The position numbers were made by a program, and so were the translations under genes. Shown here piece after piece: positions 49,087 through 58,269 of a stretch of DNA of 64,000 bases. Positions within the stretch are counted from its first letter, which is position 1, and each line of letters opens with the position of its first letter. The notes below the pieces were generated by a model, which saw only the letters and a program-made list of their open reading frames with translations, was not told the origin of the DNA and made no database searches. Origin of the DNA: an uncultured Candidatus Saccharibacteria bacterium (GTDB lineage: Bacteria > Patescibacteriota > Dojkabacteria > SC72); contig CAZSUV010000001.1 of the NCBI GenBank assembly GCA_964610125.1, forward strand, positions 253,240-317,239, given 5' to 3'.

Positions 49087-50274
49087 CTATTCTGTACTAA
49101 GCTTGGGCTTAAAAGCACAAGCTATTAAGGATATTAATCCTAGTACAGCAAATGCTACAAATACTCCTTTGCTATCTACTAGCATTCCTACAAAAGGATT
49201 GAATATTGTAAGCATTAAACGCTTAATCATACTTACAAATGAAAGTACTGTTGCTCTTTGCTCATCCGCAATTTCTTCGTTAATCTCTTTAGACAAGAGG
49301 GTTGGAATTTGTAGTCCAAGTCCACCTGCAAAGATCAGTACGAATAGAATCCCAATGGTATTATGCAGTAACGCTCCCATCAGAAATCCTGTGGCTACGA
49401 GACTGGCTATTAGTATGAATACTAGCTTTGGATTGAGCTTTCTCATTAGGCGAGCAAGAACGAACATAGAGAATACCTCTCCTCCCAAAAGTATGATTCT
49501 ATATACCCCGAATAGACTTTCAGGTACGGAGAGAACTCTCAGCCCTTCTTGGTAAAGCCATATAACAAAGTAGCTTGTTGAACAAAGAAGACTGATATAT
49601 ATGGTTAGTTTTCTTAGATTGATACTACCCCTTAGTATCTTTAAACCTTCCTTTACTGTTTTTAGGTATTCTGGCTTCAAACCATTTCCTTTGGTATCTG
49701 TAGAGGGTATGAAGAATCCATATATTATTAATGCAATGACACTTGGTATGGCACCTAATCTAAATATCTCTTGTATTGTAAATCTGTTACTTACAAAGAT
49801 ATATATGAATGATGCGAGTACCATTCCAACGATATGCATTGTACTGCTAACTAGTGATATGGTTCTAAACCTTTTCTCTATACCGTATCTCTTGGATATA
49901 TCATATACCCAGGCCTCTCTAGCTCCAGATACAAATGCTAAGCCTAGCGCCAGAATGAACTCTGATATGAGGAATAGGTAGATATTTGGATAGAGGGAGT
50001 AGGTTATTGTTCCAATAAAATAGAGGATGTATCCGATGATTACAGAACGTTTTTTGCCATGTACATCTCCGAATACTCCTGTTGGAACCTCAAGTACAAA
50101 TACCCAGAATGTAAACCAACTTTGTATTGTTTGTGTTTGTGTCTGAGATAGGCCTCCCCAATCTCTAAAGAACACTAGTAGTATGGATCCGATTAATTCC
50201 ATTCCAAGGATTAGATCTGCTACCCAGAATAGGTATATTTCCTTGGGCCAACTAAAGATATTTTTTGTTCTCAT
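49087..50274 (-). CDS. MFS transporter
   Basis: 395 aa, 12 TM helices; GVFGDVHGKKRS loop 2-3 motif. Confidence 0.75.
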   Translation of the reverse strand: MRTKNIFSWPKEIYLFWVADLILGMELIGSILLVFFRDWGGLSQTQTQTIQSWFTFWVFVLEVPTGVFGDVHGKKRSVIIGYILYFIGTITYSLYPNIYLFLISEFILALGLAFVSGAREAWVYDISKRYGIEKRFRTISLVSSTMHIVGMVLASFIYIFVSNRFTIQEIFRLGAIPSVIALIIYGFFIPSTDTKGNGLKPEYLKTVKEGLKILRGSINLRKLTIYISLLCSTSYFVIWLYQEGLRVLSVPESLFGVYRIILLGGEVFSMFVLARLMRKLNPKLVFILIASLVATGFLMGALLHNTIGILFVLIFAGGLGLQIPTLLSKEINEEIADEQRATVLSFVSMIKRLMLTIFNPFVGMLVDSKGVFVAFAVLGLISLIACAFKPKLSTE

Positions 50275-50385
50275 TTTTCTCCTTTTGAAATATGAATGAA
50301 TATATTTGATTTTTAAGAGCTATTACCTCTCAATATTTAAATTTGAGGGTGTACAGCTTCCAAATACAATTAGCTTTTAAAGGGA

Positions 50386-50413
50386 AAATAAAAAACCTCC
50401 AGTATTTGGAGGC
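50386..50413 (-). terminator. Intrinsic terminator (minus strand)
   Basis: CCTCCA-gtatt-TGGAGG hairpin followed on the minus strand by TTTTTTATTTT. Confidence 0.4.
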
Positions 50414-50439
50414 TATTCACTGACAATTTTGATTAGGAA

Positions 50440-50550
50440 TTATGCAATAGAAAGGTCTCCAATATAGTGTGTTGCGTGTAGAACGTAACCACACATAGAT
50501 GGCTTGGTTGGAGTGAACTTTTCAATTTGTCTATCGTTTATGTTTTGCAT
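50440..50550 (-). CDS. Candidate small ORF (36 aa)
   Basis: MQNINDRQIEKFTPTKPSMCGYVLHATHYIGDLSIA*. Upstream TTGCAT-16nt-TATATAAT promoter-like sequence; terminator about 25 nt downstream. Confidence 0.2.
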   Translation of the reverse strand: MQNINDRQIEKFTPTKPSMCGYVLHATHYIGDLSIA

Positions 50551-50757
50551 AATGGGGAGATTATATACTCATTTAATATGGGAATGCAAGAAAACAATTA
50601 AACCTTTATTCCTCTTTTCTTTATTTCTTCTAAAATCTTTCCTTCTAACTTTCTACATTGACAGTTTCTAGCATGTTCTACATGCCATTGTACTCTTTGA
50701 TCTAAGGTAGGATTCTTAGGCATTCTATTAGCTAAATGCCATTCTTTATTTATCATA

Positions 50758-50985
50758 TTATTTGTATTTTAATAATCTAAATAATCCTTTCTCTGGTTTG
50801 TACACTGTATCTGGATATTTCTCTATTAACTTCCATACACATCCATTAATTGTTTTAGGATGGAAGGATGGATATGAGGTTTGAATCATGGTTAATAGTT
50901 CTGACCAATGTATTCCTTCTGGATTTTCTTCTAATATCTCAAATATTTTTGTATATATTTGTCCTGTGATTGTTGGTTCCTTCAT
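50758..50985 (-). CDS. Small winged-helix (Mrr_N-like) DNA-binding protein adjacent to the R-M genes
   Basis: Track ORF 50758..51291 overlaps the methyltransferase start. The first ATG giving a non-overlapping 75-aa product (MKEPTITGQIYTKIFEILEENPEGIHWSELL...KGLFRLLKYK) is at 50985. Confidence 0.45.
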   Translation of the reverse strand: MKEPTITGQIYTKIFEILEENPEGIHWSELLTMIQTSYPSFHPKTINGCVWKLIEKYPDTVYKPEKGLFRLLKYK

Positions 50986-51202
50986 ATATACAATTATAGA
51001 AGAAAGGAAAAATATGGCAATGGGAATAAAAAAACTCCCCTTACAGGGCATACTTAGGAACCTTGTTTTAAATGTTGAATTGAATTGGCGGGGTATAAAC
51101 AAGATGCTTAATTTTGCTGTATAACCTTTCAATATATTATACACAAGGTCTGATATTTGTGAAATTGGATGAAAAAACTTCTTAAATAGGATAGTATAAA
51201 GT

Positions 51203-52270
51203 ATGGTCAAAAACTTAGAGGTTATAAAATTCATTGATCTTTTTGCAGGGATTGGGGGGATTAGAATCGCTTTTGAAAATGTTGGAGCCAAATGTATTTA
51301 TTCTTCCGAGATAGAACCTAATTGTCGTCAAACATACTTTGAGAATTTTGGAGAAGAACCGCATGGTGACATTACGCAAATAGATCCAAAGAATATTCCA
51401 GATCATAACATTCTTTGTGGGGGATTTCCCTGTCAGCCTTTCTCTATTAGCGGAAAACAAAAAGGTTTCCTTGATACTAGGGGGACTTTGTTTTTTAATA
51501 TTATGGAAATAGTAAAAGCTAAAAAGCCAGAGATTGTATTTTTAGAAAATGTTAAGAACTTATCTAAACACGATAGTGGAAATACTTTGAAAGTTATAAT
51601 AAAAGCCCTTGATGATGAAGGATATTCTGTAAAGGTTAAGGTTTTAAACGCAAAAGATTATGGAGTTCCTCAAAATCGTGAAAGAACAATAATAGTAGCC
51701 TCCAGAATTGGAGAATTTGATTTCTCAAAAGTGGAACTAGCCCCAAGGAAACCTGTTATAAAAGATATACTTAGCCAAAGTGAGAAATTTGAATATCTTA
51801 AACCCGAAGAGTATACAATTCTGGATAAAAAATATTGGAAAACACAAATAAGTGGGCTGATTTTCTGTGGATATAGAAATAAAAAAATTAGAACAAATGG
51901 TGTTCGTCCAAATACCGAACATTTATCTAGAGTTCATAAACAACCTAATAGAATATACTATTATGAAGGTACGCACCCAACAATTCCATCACAAGAATTA
52001 TCAGGAAGGTTTTGGATCTATGATGGAAAGAGAGTAAGAAAACTCACTATCAATGAATGCTTCAGATTGATGGGATTCCCTGAAGAATTTAAGAAAATAA
52101 GCTCTACACCTCATTTATATAAACAAATTGGTAATTCTGTTGCGATACCAATGATACAAGCGGTATCATCACAAATAATGTTACAATACTTCCCATATTT
52201 ATATGAGAAAGAAAAAATAAATCTATTTAAAAATCCACAACTATGTATGATGAATATGCTAGAGAATTAG
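51203..52270 (+). CDS. DNA (cytosine-5)-methyltransferase
   Basis: 355 aa; motif I DLFAGIGG; motif IV GGFPCQPFS; motif VI ENVKNL. Confidence 0.92.
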   Translation: MVKNLEVIKFIDLFAGIGGIRIAFENVGAKCIYSSEIEPNCRQTYFENFGEEPHGDITQIDPKNIPDHNILCGGFPCQPFSISGKQKGFLDTRGTLFFNIMEIVKAKKPEIVFLENVKNLSKHDSGNTLKVIIKALDDEGYSVKVKVLNAKDYGVPQNRERTIIVASRIGEFDFSKVELAPRKPVIKDILSQSEKFEYLKPEEYTILDKKYWKTQISGLIFCGYRNKKIRTNGVRPNTEHLSRVHKQPNRIYYYEGTHPTIPSQELSGRFWIYDGKRVRKLTINECFRLMGFPEEFKKISSTPHLYKQIGNSVAIPMIQAVSSQIMLQYFPYLYEKEKINLFKNPQLCMMNMLEN

Positions 52271-53364
52271 GAAGAATTTATGAACAATCATTAAAGAAAG
52301 TAAAAGAAAATGGTTTTTCAGCGATTCCAAACGGAATCTTAGAGCCAACTATGAAAGGGAATATAGAAAAGCTAATAGATAGGGTTGATAATTTTAAAGC
52401 AGTTACAAGTGTTACTATAACAAGTACTCTTAAGAAAATTATTACTCCTGATCAAGATATAAGATTGCATAAAGTAGAATTTGAGAATGGTTATTCAGGG
52501 AGATCATTAGATACGGCTGTGGTTACACCATTTTTGAAGGATAATAATTTGAAATGTATGGCTGAAAGTGGTTGGTTGACTCGTTCATTGGAACAGACCC
52601 ATCCTTTTAGTTTAGATTTCCCTGGTGCTATAAGAGATCAAGAGATCAAGGATGCTTTTCTACAGATTATCAATGATATAGAAACAAAGGGAGCAAATGC
52701 TGAAGCTATTTTGGACTATCTATTGCAGCTTTTAATAATTAAAAGAGAATCGGAAAAAATTGAAATTAGAAAGATTGAAAATGCAGATATATACATATCT
52801 GAAATTATTGAAAAATTAACTAAACATTTCAAAGAAAGCAATTCTTCTGGGACAGCTAGATTGCCGGTATTGGCTGTTTATTCAATTTATGAATGCTTAA
52901 TGAATCAAATAGCTAGATTTCAAGGGAAGGTTCTTAAACCCTTGGAAAGTCATACCTCTGCCGACCTTCGTTCAAACAGTATTGGGGATATTCAGGTTGA
53001 CAATGGAGAGGGAACTCCATTTGAAGGAGTTGAGGTTAAGTATGGGAAGCCAATTACACACTCTATGTTGGAAGATGCATATGGCAAATTTGGATCCCTT
53101 CCTGTAAAAAGATATTACTTGCTGAGTACGGCAGAACCAGAAGAAGATGAGAAAAAACTTATAGAGGATATGATAAGGAAAATAAAGGAAGAACATGGTT
53201 GCCAGGTTATTGTTAATGGTTTACTGCCAACTATTAAGTATTATCTAAGACTTTTGGAGGAACCAACACCATTTTTAAATAAATATACTGAGAATGTACT
53301 AAATGATGAAGTGGTAAAGTTGGAACATAAGCAATTGTGGAAAACAATATTAGAGAACTCTTAA
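52243..53364 (+). CDS. Putative Type II restriction endonuclease (partner of the C5-methyltransferase)
   Basis: 373 aa; overlaps the methyltransferase stop by 28 nt; PD-(D/E)xK-like arrangement D..(11)..EGVEVK. Confidence 0.45.
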   Translation: MYDEYARELGRIYEQSLKKVKENGFSAIPNGILEPTMKGNIEKLIDRVDNFKAVTSVTITSTLKKIITPDQDIRLHKVEFENGYSGRSLDTAVVTPFLKDNNLKCMAESGWLTRSLEQTHPFSLDFPGAIRDQEIKDAFLQIINDIETKGANAEAILDYLLQLLIIKRESEKIEIRKIENADIYISEIIEKLTKHFKESNSSGTARLPVLAVYSIYECLMNQIARFQGKVLKPLESHTSADLRSNSIGDIQVDNGEGTPFEGVEVKYGKPITHSMLEDAYGKFGSLPVKRYYLLSTAEPEEDEKKLIEDMIRKIKEEHGCQVIVNGLLPTIKYYLRLLEEPTPFLNKYTENVLNDEVVKLEHKQLWKTILENS

Positions 53365-53427
53365 AGTATTTAAGAAATGTCGTCTTGACGCAAAAAAATG
53401 GGATATATTATTTAAAAATATAGATTC

Positions 53428-55272
53428 TTAATCGCAGGATATTTTTGTCCATGAAGTATTTAATGTGAATGAAATCAAATCCTTAATATTCTTTTTTGTT
53501 TCAGCTTCAAGATTATTAAAACTTAGTTTGGATGTTAAACATAAAAACTTGTAAGCCAATGCTTTTTTGTTATATTTTTTTAATATCACAAAAGAGGAGT
53601 TTGACATTTTGTTGTATTTAATAGAATCATCATCCTTCAAATCCTCACCCAGTACATATTTCTGAAAATCTTCTTTTGAAAAGATGTCCTCTATCCCAGA
53701 ATCAGAATTCTTTTTATAAGGAGGAATCGTATACATTGTCTTTGATTCTATTCCATAATCCTCTTCTAGTAATTTACGATAGTTAGTCTTTGAATTTGTA
53801 TCTAAAATAACTTTGAAATTAAGACCTTGAGAAATAACAAAAGGAACAATAGTTAACATTGAGCTATCACCCCGAGCAGGAAGAATATTTGTTATGTTAG
53901 TATTTTTTGTTAGTTTTGCCATCGCTCTAATGTAATATAAATCAGAAAGGCCTTCAGTAATAACGACCTTATCATTGATTTTAAGCTGATTTATATACTT
54001 TAAGCCTATCGCTTCCGCAAGTGGTTGTAGTGAGAGATATTCGCCTTTTTTCGTGATTTCGTTTCTAAAATCGTTATAAACAAGTAATTCGTTGTTGTGA
54101 TCTTTCGTCATTCTTCTAATATTTTCTAAAAGATCATAATCAATCATATATTCTGAATGAGTTGACATAATTACAGTGTTCTTGAGAGATAATTTCTTGA
54201 GATAGTTTAATAAATCAAATTGTGCTGTAGCGTGAAAGCCATTATTCGGTTCGTCAAAAAGTAATATTCCATTATTTATTTCATTCACCTTGGCATAAAG
54301 ATAATAGTGGAATAGAAACTTTGTGTTATCAGATAAATGAAAGAAAAAGGAAGACTTGTTTTGTGTTCTTGTTGTGATTTGCAACCCTTGGTTTCGTCTA
54401 ACGGTAATTTCTAAAAATTTAAACTCAGACTCATTTAGTAATTTCTTTAGTTTATCGTTAAATTCGTTTTCCAAAGTCTCATGTAGATCTTGGTCTGAAC
54501 TTCCTAAATATTTTTTAAGATTTTCAATGCCAAGAAATTCTATGAATGTTCTTATGAGTTCTGGTTGATTATCAAAATCATTGATATTCTCTAGGATAAT
54601 TTGGTTTGGTAAAGAGGCGGTGAAATCAAATTCCTTATCAAAAAAATCTATTTGAGGAAATTGCCTAAATAACAAATTCTCAATTGTCAACGCCGAAAAA
54701 TTTAAAGGGAATGTTCTATTTTCAATTCTAATGAACCTCTTGTCTTGTTGTATATAATTAAACAAATGGTTAATTATCTCAGTTAATGAACTTATTCTCT
54801 CTAAGTATTTGTCATTATTTCCAAATATGTAATCACCATTTTTCAGTTTGATAACAGGAATCTCTTGTCCAAAACCTTTAATAAATTCTTTATATATTGA
54901 CTCTAAAGATAAGAAAAATTCTTGTAAATTAGGATTAGAGTCTATAATGGCTTGGTCAATCCCTATGGGTAAAAATAATTCTTCTTTAATAAATCTTATC
55001 TGTGTTTTTACATCAATATCATTCTTTTTAATCTGGAATACTGCTTCTAATCTTGAATCTTCGCCAGTATCTTTGTAATTTTGAAATGATGGATTGTTCT
55101 CAGGGATTAAATCATATTCAAAATTGCGGATTGCCTTTAATAGGGAGGATTTTCCAGAACTATTTCTTCCAATTATATAATATAATTCTTCCTTATTTTT
55201 TGTTTCAAACTTAATTCCCCCAGAGTCTTTGAAACCAAAACAGTTGTAGATTCGGAATGACTTTAATCTCAT
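53428..55272 (-). CDS. OLD-family ATP-dependent endonuclease (ABC-type ATPase + C-terminal TOPRIM)
   Basis: 614 aa; Walker A GRNSSGKSS; Walker B/D-loop ILLFDEPNNGFHATAQ; TOPRIM VVITEGLSD. Confidence 0.75.
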   Translation of the reverse strand: MRLKSFRIYNCFGFKDSGGIKFETKNKEELYYIIGRNSSGKSSLLKAIRNFEYDLIPENNPSFQNYKDTGEDSRLEAVFQIKKNDIDVKTQIRFIKEELFLPIGIDQAIIDSNPNLQEFFLSLESIYKEFIKGFGQEIPVIKLKNGDYIFGNNDKYLERISSLTEIINHLFNYIQQDKRFIRIENRTFPLNFSALTIENLLFRQFPQIDFFDKEFDFTASLPNQIILENINDFDNQPELIRTFIEFLGIENLKKYLGSSDQDLHETLENEFNDKLKKLLNESEFKFLEITVRRNQGLQITTRTQNKSSFFFHLSDNTKFLFHYYLYAKVNEINNGILLFDEPNNGFHATAQFDLLNYLKKLSLKNTVIMSTHSEYMIDYDLLENIRRMTKDHNNELLVYNDFRNEITKKGEYLSLQPLAEAIGLKYINQLKINDKVVITEGLSDLYYIRAMAKLTKNTNITNILPARGDSSMLTIVPFVISQGLNFKVILDTNSKTNYRKLLEEDYGIESKTMYTIPPYKKNSDSGIEDIFSKEDFQKYVLGEDLKDDDSIKYNKMSNSSFVILKKYNKKALAYKFLCLTSKLSFNNLEAETKKNIKDLISFTLNTSWTKISCD

Positions 55273-55374
55273 ATTGTTGAATTGGAAATAATATATTATT
55301 TACCTTCCTATAGCATGATTATATCACTTGAACCTTTGCTTTATATACATTTGATTATATAATGCAATATGTTA

Positions 55375-55538
55375 CCTAAACCTATTTATTTAGGCATGGT
55401 GATGAAAATCAAATCCAGGTCAGTGCGTTAGGCGGTCTTCCGTCTTGCAATCACTGACCTGGTTACTAGGGGAAACTCTAGTAGGTGAAGTAGCAATACT
55501 CACCTGTGAGCGGGAGACCACTTGTCTCAAAGCTCACA
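55375..55538. other. Highly structured ~165-nt element: five consecutive hairpins (candidate ncRNA or 5'-UTR element)
   Basis: Hairpins: CCTAAA/TTTAGG; CCAGGTCAGTG...CACTGACCTGG (11 bp, inner GGCGG-tctt-CCGTC); TACTAG/CTAGTA; GGTGA/TCACC; TGTGAGC...GCTCACA (inner GAGAC/GTCTC). Confidence 0.3.
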
Positions 55539-55573
55539 AACAATTAAATATATAACTTGGTCAGAGGATATAT

Positions 55574-56617
55574 ATGAAAAAGAAAACGAGTGTGAAGAAA
55601 AGTCGCCTATTTCTAAGATATTTAGCTTCTCCGCTTTATTTAATGATCCCTTCTACCATAAGGATCATCATCCTCTTTCTAGGAATAGAAGCCTACGATC
55701 TAATCGCAAGAATAGATTTCAAGGTTATTGTAATCCTGATATTGCTTGGTGTTGTTTCAATTCCATTAACATTTTACATACTGTACGGAATTGGTGCGGG
55801 GTTATTTTATTTAGGGAAAAAGATAATGCAGTTTTCTCCAAATAAGATAGTATTTTGGATTGTATTTTCTCTTTGTGGAATTAGCTTCTTAGATATGTTT
55901 ATTAAAACTAATGCTAATTTAGATCCTGAAACTGCTGTAGTTCCACTAGTTGTAGATATAATAGTTACAATTCTAATTATGACTGTATATGGAATAGGTG
56001 GATATGTCCGAAGCAAAGAGGAGGAAGAGATGGCTATGCAAACAGCTTCAAAACTTGCAGATGAATCAGTGGATAGTGGACTTCCAATTGATATGGGACA
56101 AATTGCCATAGGAGAGGACAAGGAGATTCAAGAAACACTTGAAAACATTGAAAGATTAAAGGAAAGTTCACACTATCCTTTTGTACACCATATTCTTAGA
56201 GACTTAGCATTAAAAGACCCAGGTGTTTTTTCTAAAATGGTTGTTGAAGCACATAAATCTTCTAAAGATAATGCATTTATAGAGCTATGGGAAAGGGTAG
56301 GTGGGTCAGCAGATGAATTAGAAAAGGATTCTCTTGTACCAAGATTTTTACAGCTAAGAAATAAAGAAGTGTTGATTGCAATGAAGATGCCCAAAGTAAA
56401 GAATCAAAACGAAGCCTCATTTATAGGTGTGAACTTACAAACCAAAAGAACACTAAGTTTTTATACACTTGAGCTTACAAAGAAAAAGAAATATGCATTA
56501 TGTAAATGGGAATATCCTTCATTGTTTAGTGATGCTGAGCATTCTTATTTGAAAGACGGACTTGAATCAAATTTAGAATCTTTCCATTGGGCTATAGCGG
56601 ATCTAGAGAATAATTAG
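55574..56617 (+). CDS. Membrane protein (4 TM) with ~200-aa cytoplasmic domain, hypothetical
   Basis: 347 aa; ATG at 55574 preferred over the overlapping track ORF 55522. Confidence 0.5.
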   Translation: MKKKTSVKKSRLFLRYLASPLYLMIPSTIRIIILFLGIEAYDLIARIDFKVIVILILLGVVSIPLTFYILYGIGAGLFYLGKKIMQFSPNKIVFWIVFSLCGISFLDMFIKTNANLDPETAVVPLVVDIIVTILIMTVYGIGGYVRSKEEEEMAMQTASKLADESVDSGLPIDMGQIAIGEDKEIQETLENIERLKESSHYPFVHHILRDLALKDPGVFSKMVVEAHKSSKDNAFIELWERVGGSADELEKDSLVPRFLQLRNKEVLIAMKMPKVKNQNEASFIGVNLQTKRTLSFYTLELTKKKKYALCKWEYPSLFSDAEHSYLKDGLESNLESFHWAIADLENN

Positions 56618-56652
56618 AGTATAATAAGAAAAGTTCTCGGGAGAGAATATAT

Positions 56653-57342
56653 ATGTTTAAAACAGATAAACTATACTTAAAGAAGAACTGGGACATTCCT
56701 ATTGAATATCACCCCACTAATACCAAAAGAATGATTATTTGCATTCCTGGGGCAGATGGGAGCGTCAGGGGGTATAAGAATAAGTACCTGAACCTAGGCA
56801 ATTATATCCAAGAAAAGAACATAGCCTCTTTCGTTAGAGTTCCAAATGATAGACCTCAAGAATTCATTGATTCTGCTGAACACTTTATTCAATATTGCTT
56901 AGATCATTCTGAAGAAATATGTGGAGAAAAGGTCTGCCCTGAGATATGGTTAATGGGATTCTCTGCGGGTGGGGCATCTATTTTATTAACTGCATGGGAA
57001 TACCCATGGGTAACAAAAATATTAGCAATCAACCCATTCTTAGGAAATGATATATTTAGAGAATTAGAGACATATTTACCCTTGTATATGGGAAAAGTAT
57101 TTGTTGTCATAGGTGAAGACGACAAAATCTGTGATCCCAATTTTACAAAGAAATATATTGAAGATAATGCTATCAAAAAGAAAGAACCTCAGATACATAT
57201 ACTTCCTAATTGTGATCATCAACTAAAAGGGGAAACAAATTCTAGAATATTATCCCAATTACCTGAATATTATTTTCTTGATAAGTATAAAACTGAACCA
57301 TTCCCAGATGGGAACAAAGGTATAAATTTATTGGATTCATAA
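56653..57342 (+). CDS. Alpha/beta-hydrolase fold esterase/lipase-like protein
   Basis: 229 aa; nucleophile elbow GFSAGG; His near the C-terminus (CDHQ). Confidence 0.6.
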   Translation: MFKTDKLYLKKNWDIPIEYHPTNTKRMIICIPGADGSVRGYKNKYLNLGNYIQEKNIASFVRVPNDRPQEFIDSAEHFIQYCLDHSEEICGEKVCPEIWLMGFSAGGASILLTAWEYPWVTKILAINPFLGNDIFRELETYLPLYMGKVFVVIGEDDKICDPNFTKKYIEDNAIKKKEPQIHILPNCDHQLKGETNSRILSQLPEYYFLDKYKTEPFPDGNKGINLLDS

Positions 57343-57343
57343 A

Positions 57344-57742
57344 GTGAAGATCTACTTAGACATTGATGGTGTAATGGTAACTTCTCATCATAAACAAATG
57401 CCATATCTTAAAGAGTTCTTAGACTTGGTATTTACAATATCAAATGGAGAGGTATATTGGTTAACTACTCACTGCCATAATGGAGATAATACAAGAGCTT
57501 TAGACTATCTCCATCTTCAAGTAGACCCAGAGATATATGAAATGTTAAAAAAGCTAAAAGCTACTAAATGGGAAACTCTTAAAACAGAGGGTATTGATTT
57601 GAACGAAGAATTTCTTTGGTTTGATGATAATATATTTGAAGTTGAATACAAAGAATTAGAGAAGGTAGGAAAAGAACATTGTTTGATTAAGGTAAAGGAT
57701 AATTTAGAAGAATTAGTTGAGCTATTAAAGGAGGAAATATGA
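57344..57742 (+). CDS. Mini HAD-superfamily phosphatase (capless, PNKP/NT5C-like)
   Basis: 132 aa with a GTG start; motif I YLDIDGVMV; motif II WLTTH; motif IV WFDDN. Confidence 0.5.
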   Translation: MKIYLDIDGVMVTSHHKQMPYLKEFLDLVFTISNGEVYWLTTHCHNGDNTRALDYLHLQVDPEIYEMLKKLKATKWETLKTEGIDLNEEFLWFDDNIFEVEYKELEKVGKEHCLIKVKDNLEELVELLKEEI

Positions 57743-58269
57743 GAGGTGCAATCATTGGAGATATTGTAGGTTCTACAAGAGAATTTGTTGAAAGAGTAAC
57801 GACAAAGGAATTTGATCTATTTCCCTATGGAAGTACATTCACAGATGATACAGTATTAACAATCTCTGTATATGATGCTTTACATAACCATATCCCATAT
57901 GATGAGGCTTTCATGAAGTGGATAGAGAAGTATCCAAACCGTGGCTACGGAGGTATGTTCTTTCAATGGATTCTTAGTAAAGAAAAGAAGCCATATGGCA
58001 GTAAGGGAAACGGAGCTGCAATGAGGGTATCTGCAGTTGGTTGGCTATTTGATACAGAAAAAGATGTTCTAGATGAAGCTAAGAAATCAGCAGAAATAAC
58101 GCATGATACTGAAGAAGGGATATTCTCAGCTCAGGCAGTAGCTATAGCAATCTATATGGGAAGGAATAAAAGAAGTAAAAAGGAAATAAAGGAATATATA
58201 GAAAAGAATTTCAAATATGATTTAAGTAGGACTATGGATGAAGTAAGGAATGAATATGAGAATTACTAG
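57739..58269 (+). CDS. ADP-ribosylglycohydrolase (ARH/DraG)-family protein, N-terminal half only
   Basis: 176 aa; GAIIGDIVGS, TDDT and GNGAAMR are ARH motifs; the second metal-site half is absent. Confidence 0.5.
   Translation: MRGAIIGDIVGSTREFVERVTTKEFDLFPYGSTFTDDTVLTISVYDALHNHIPYDEAFMKWIEKYPNRGYGGMFFQWILSKEKKPYGSKGNGAAMRVSAVGWLFDTEKDVLDEAKKSAEITHDTEEGIFSAQAVAIAIYMGRNKRSKKEIKEYIEKNFKYDLSRTMDEVRNEYENY

Noticed and set aside
49004-49555. Plus-strand 183-aa ORF
   Set aside because: Antisense to the well-supported MFS transporter gene.
55415-55462. Possible SRP (4.5S) RNA domain IV on the minus strand
   Set aside because: CCAGGUCAG resembles the E. coli 4.5S domain IV 5' arm, but the apical loop is AAGA/UCUU rather than GNRA/URRC and the GGAAG…CAGCC internal-loop residues are absent. 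Left as an unassigned structured element.
55522-55845. Plus-strand 107-aa ORF overlapping the 55574 gene start
   Set aside because: Different frame from the 347-aa membrane protein, which has a convincing TM topology; the 107-aa product is low-complexity.
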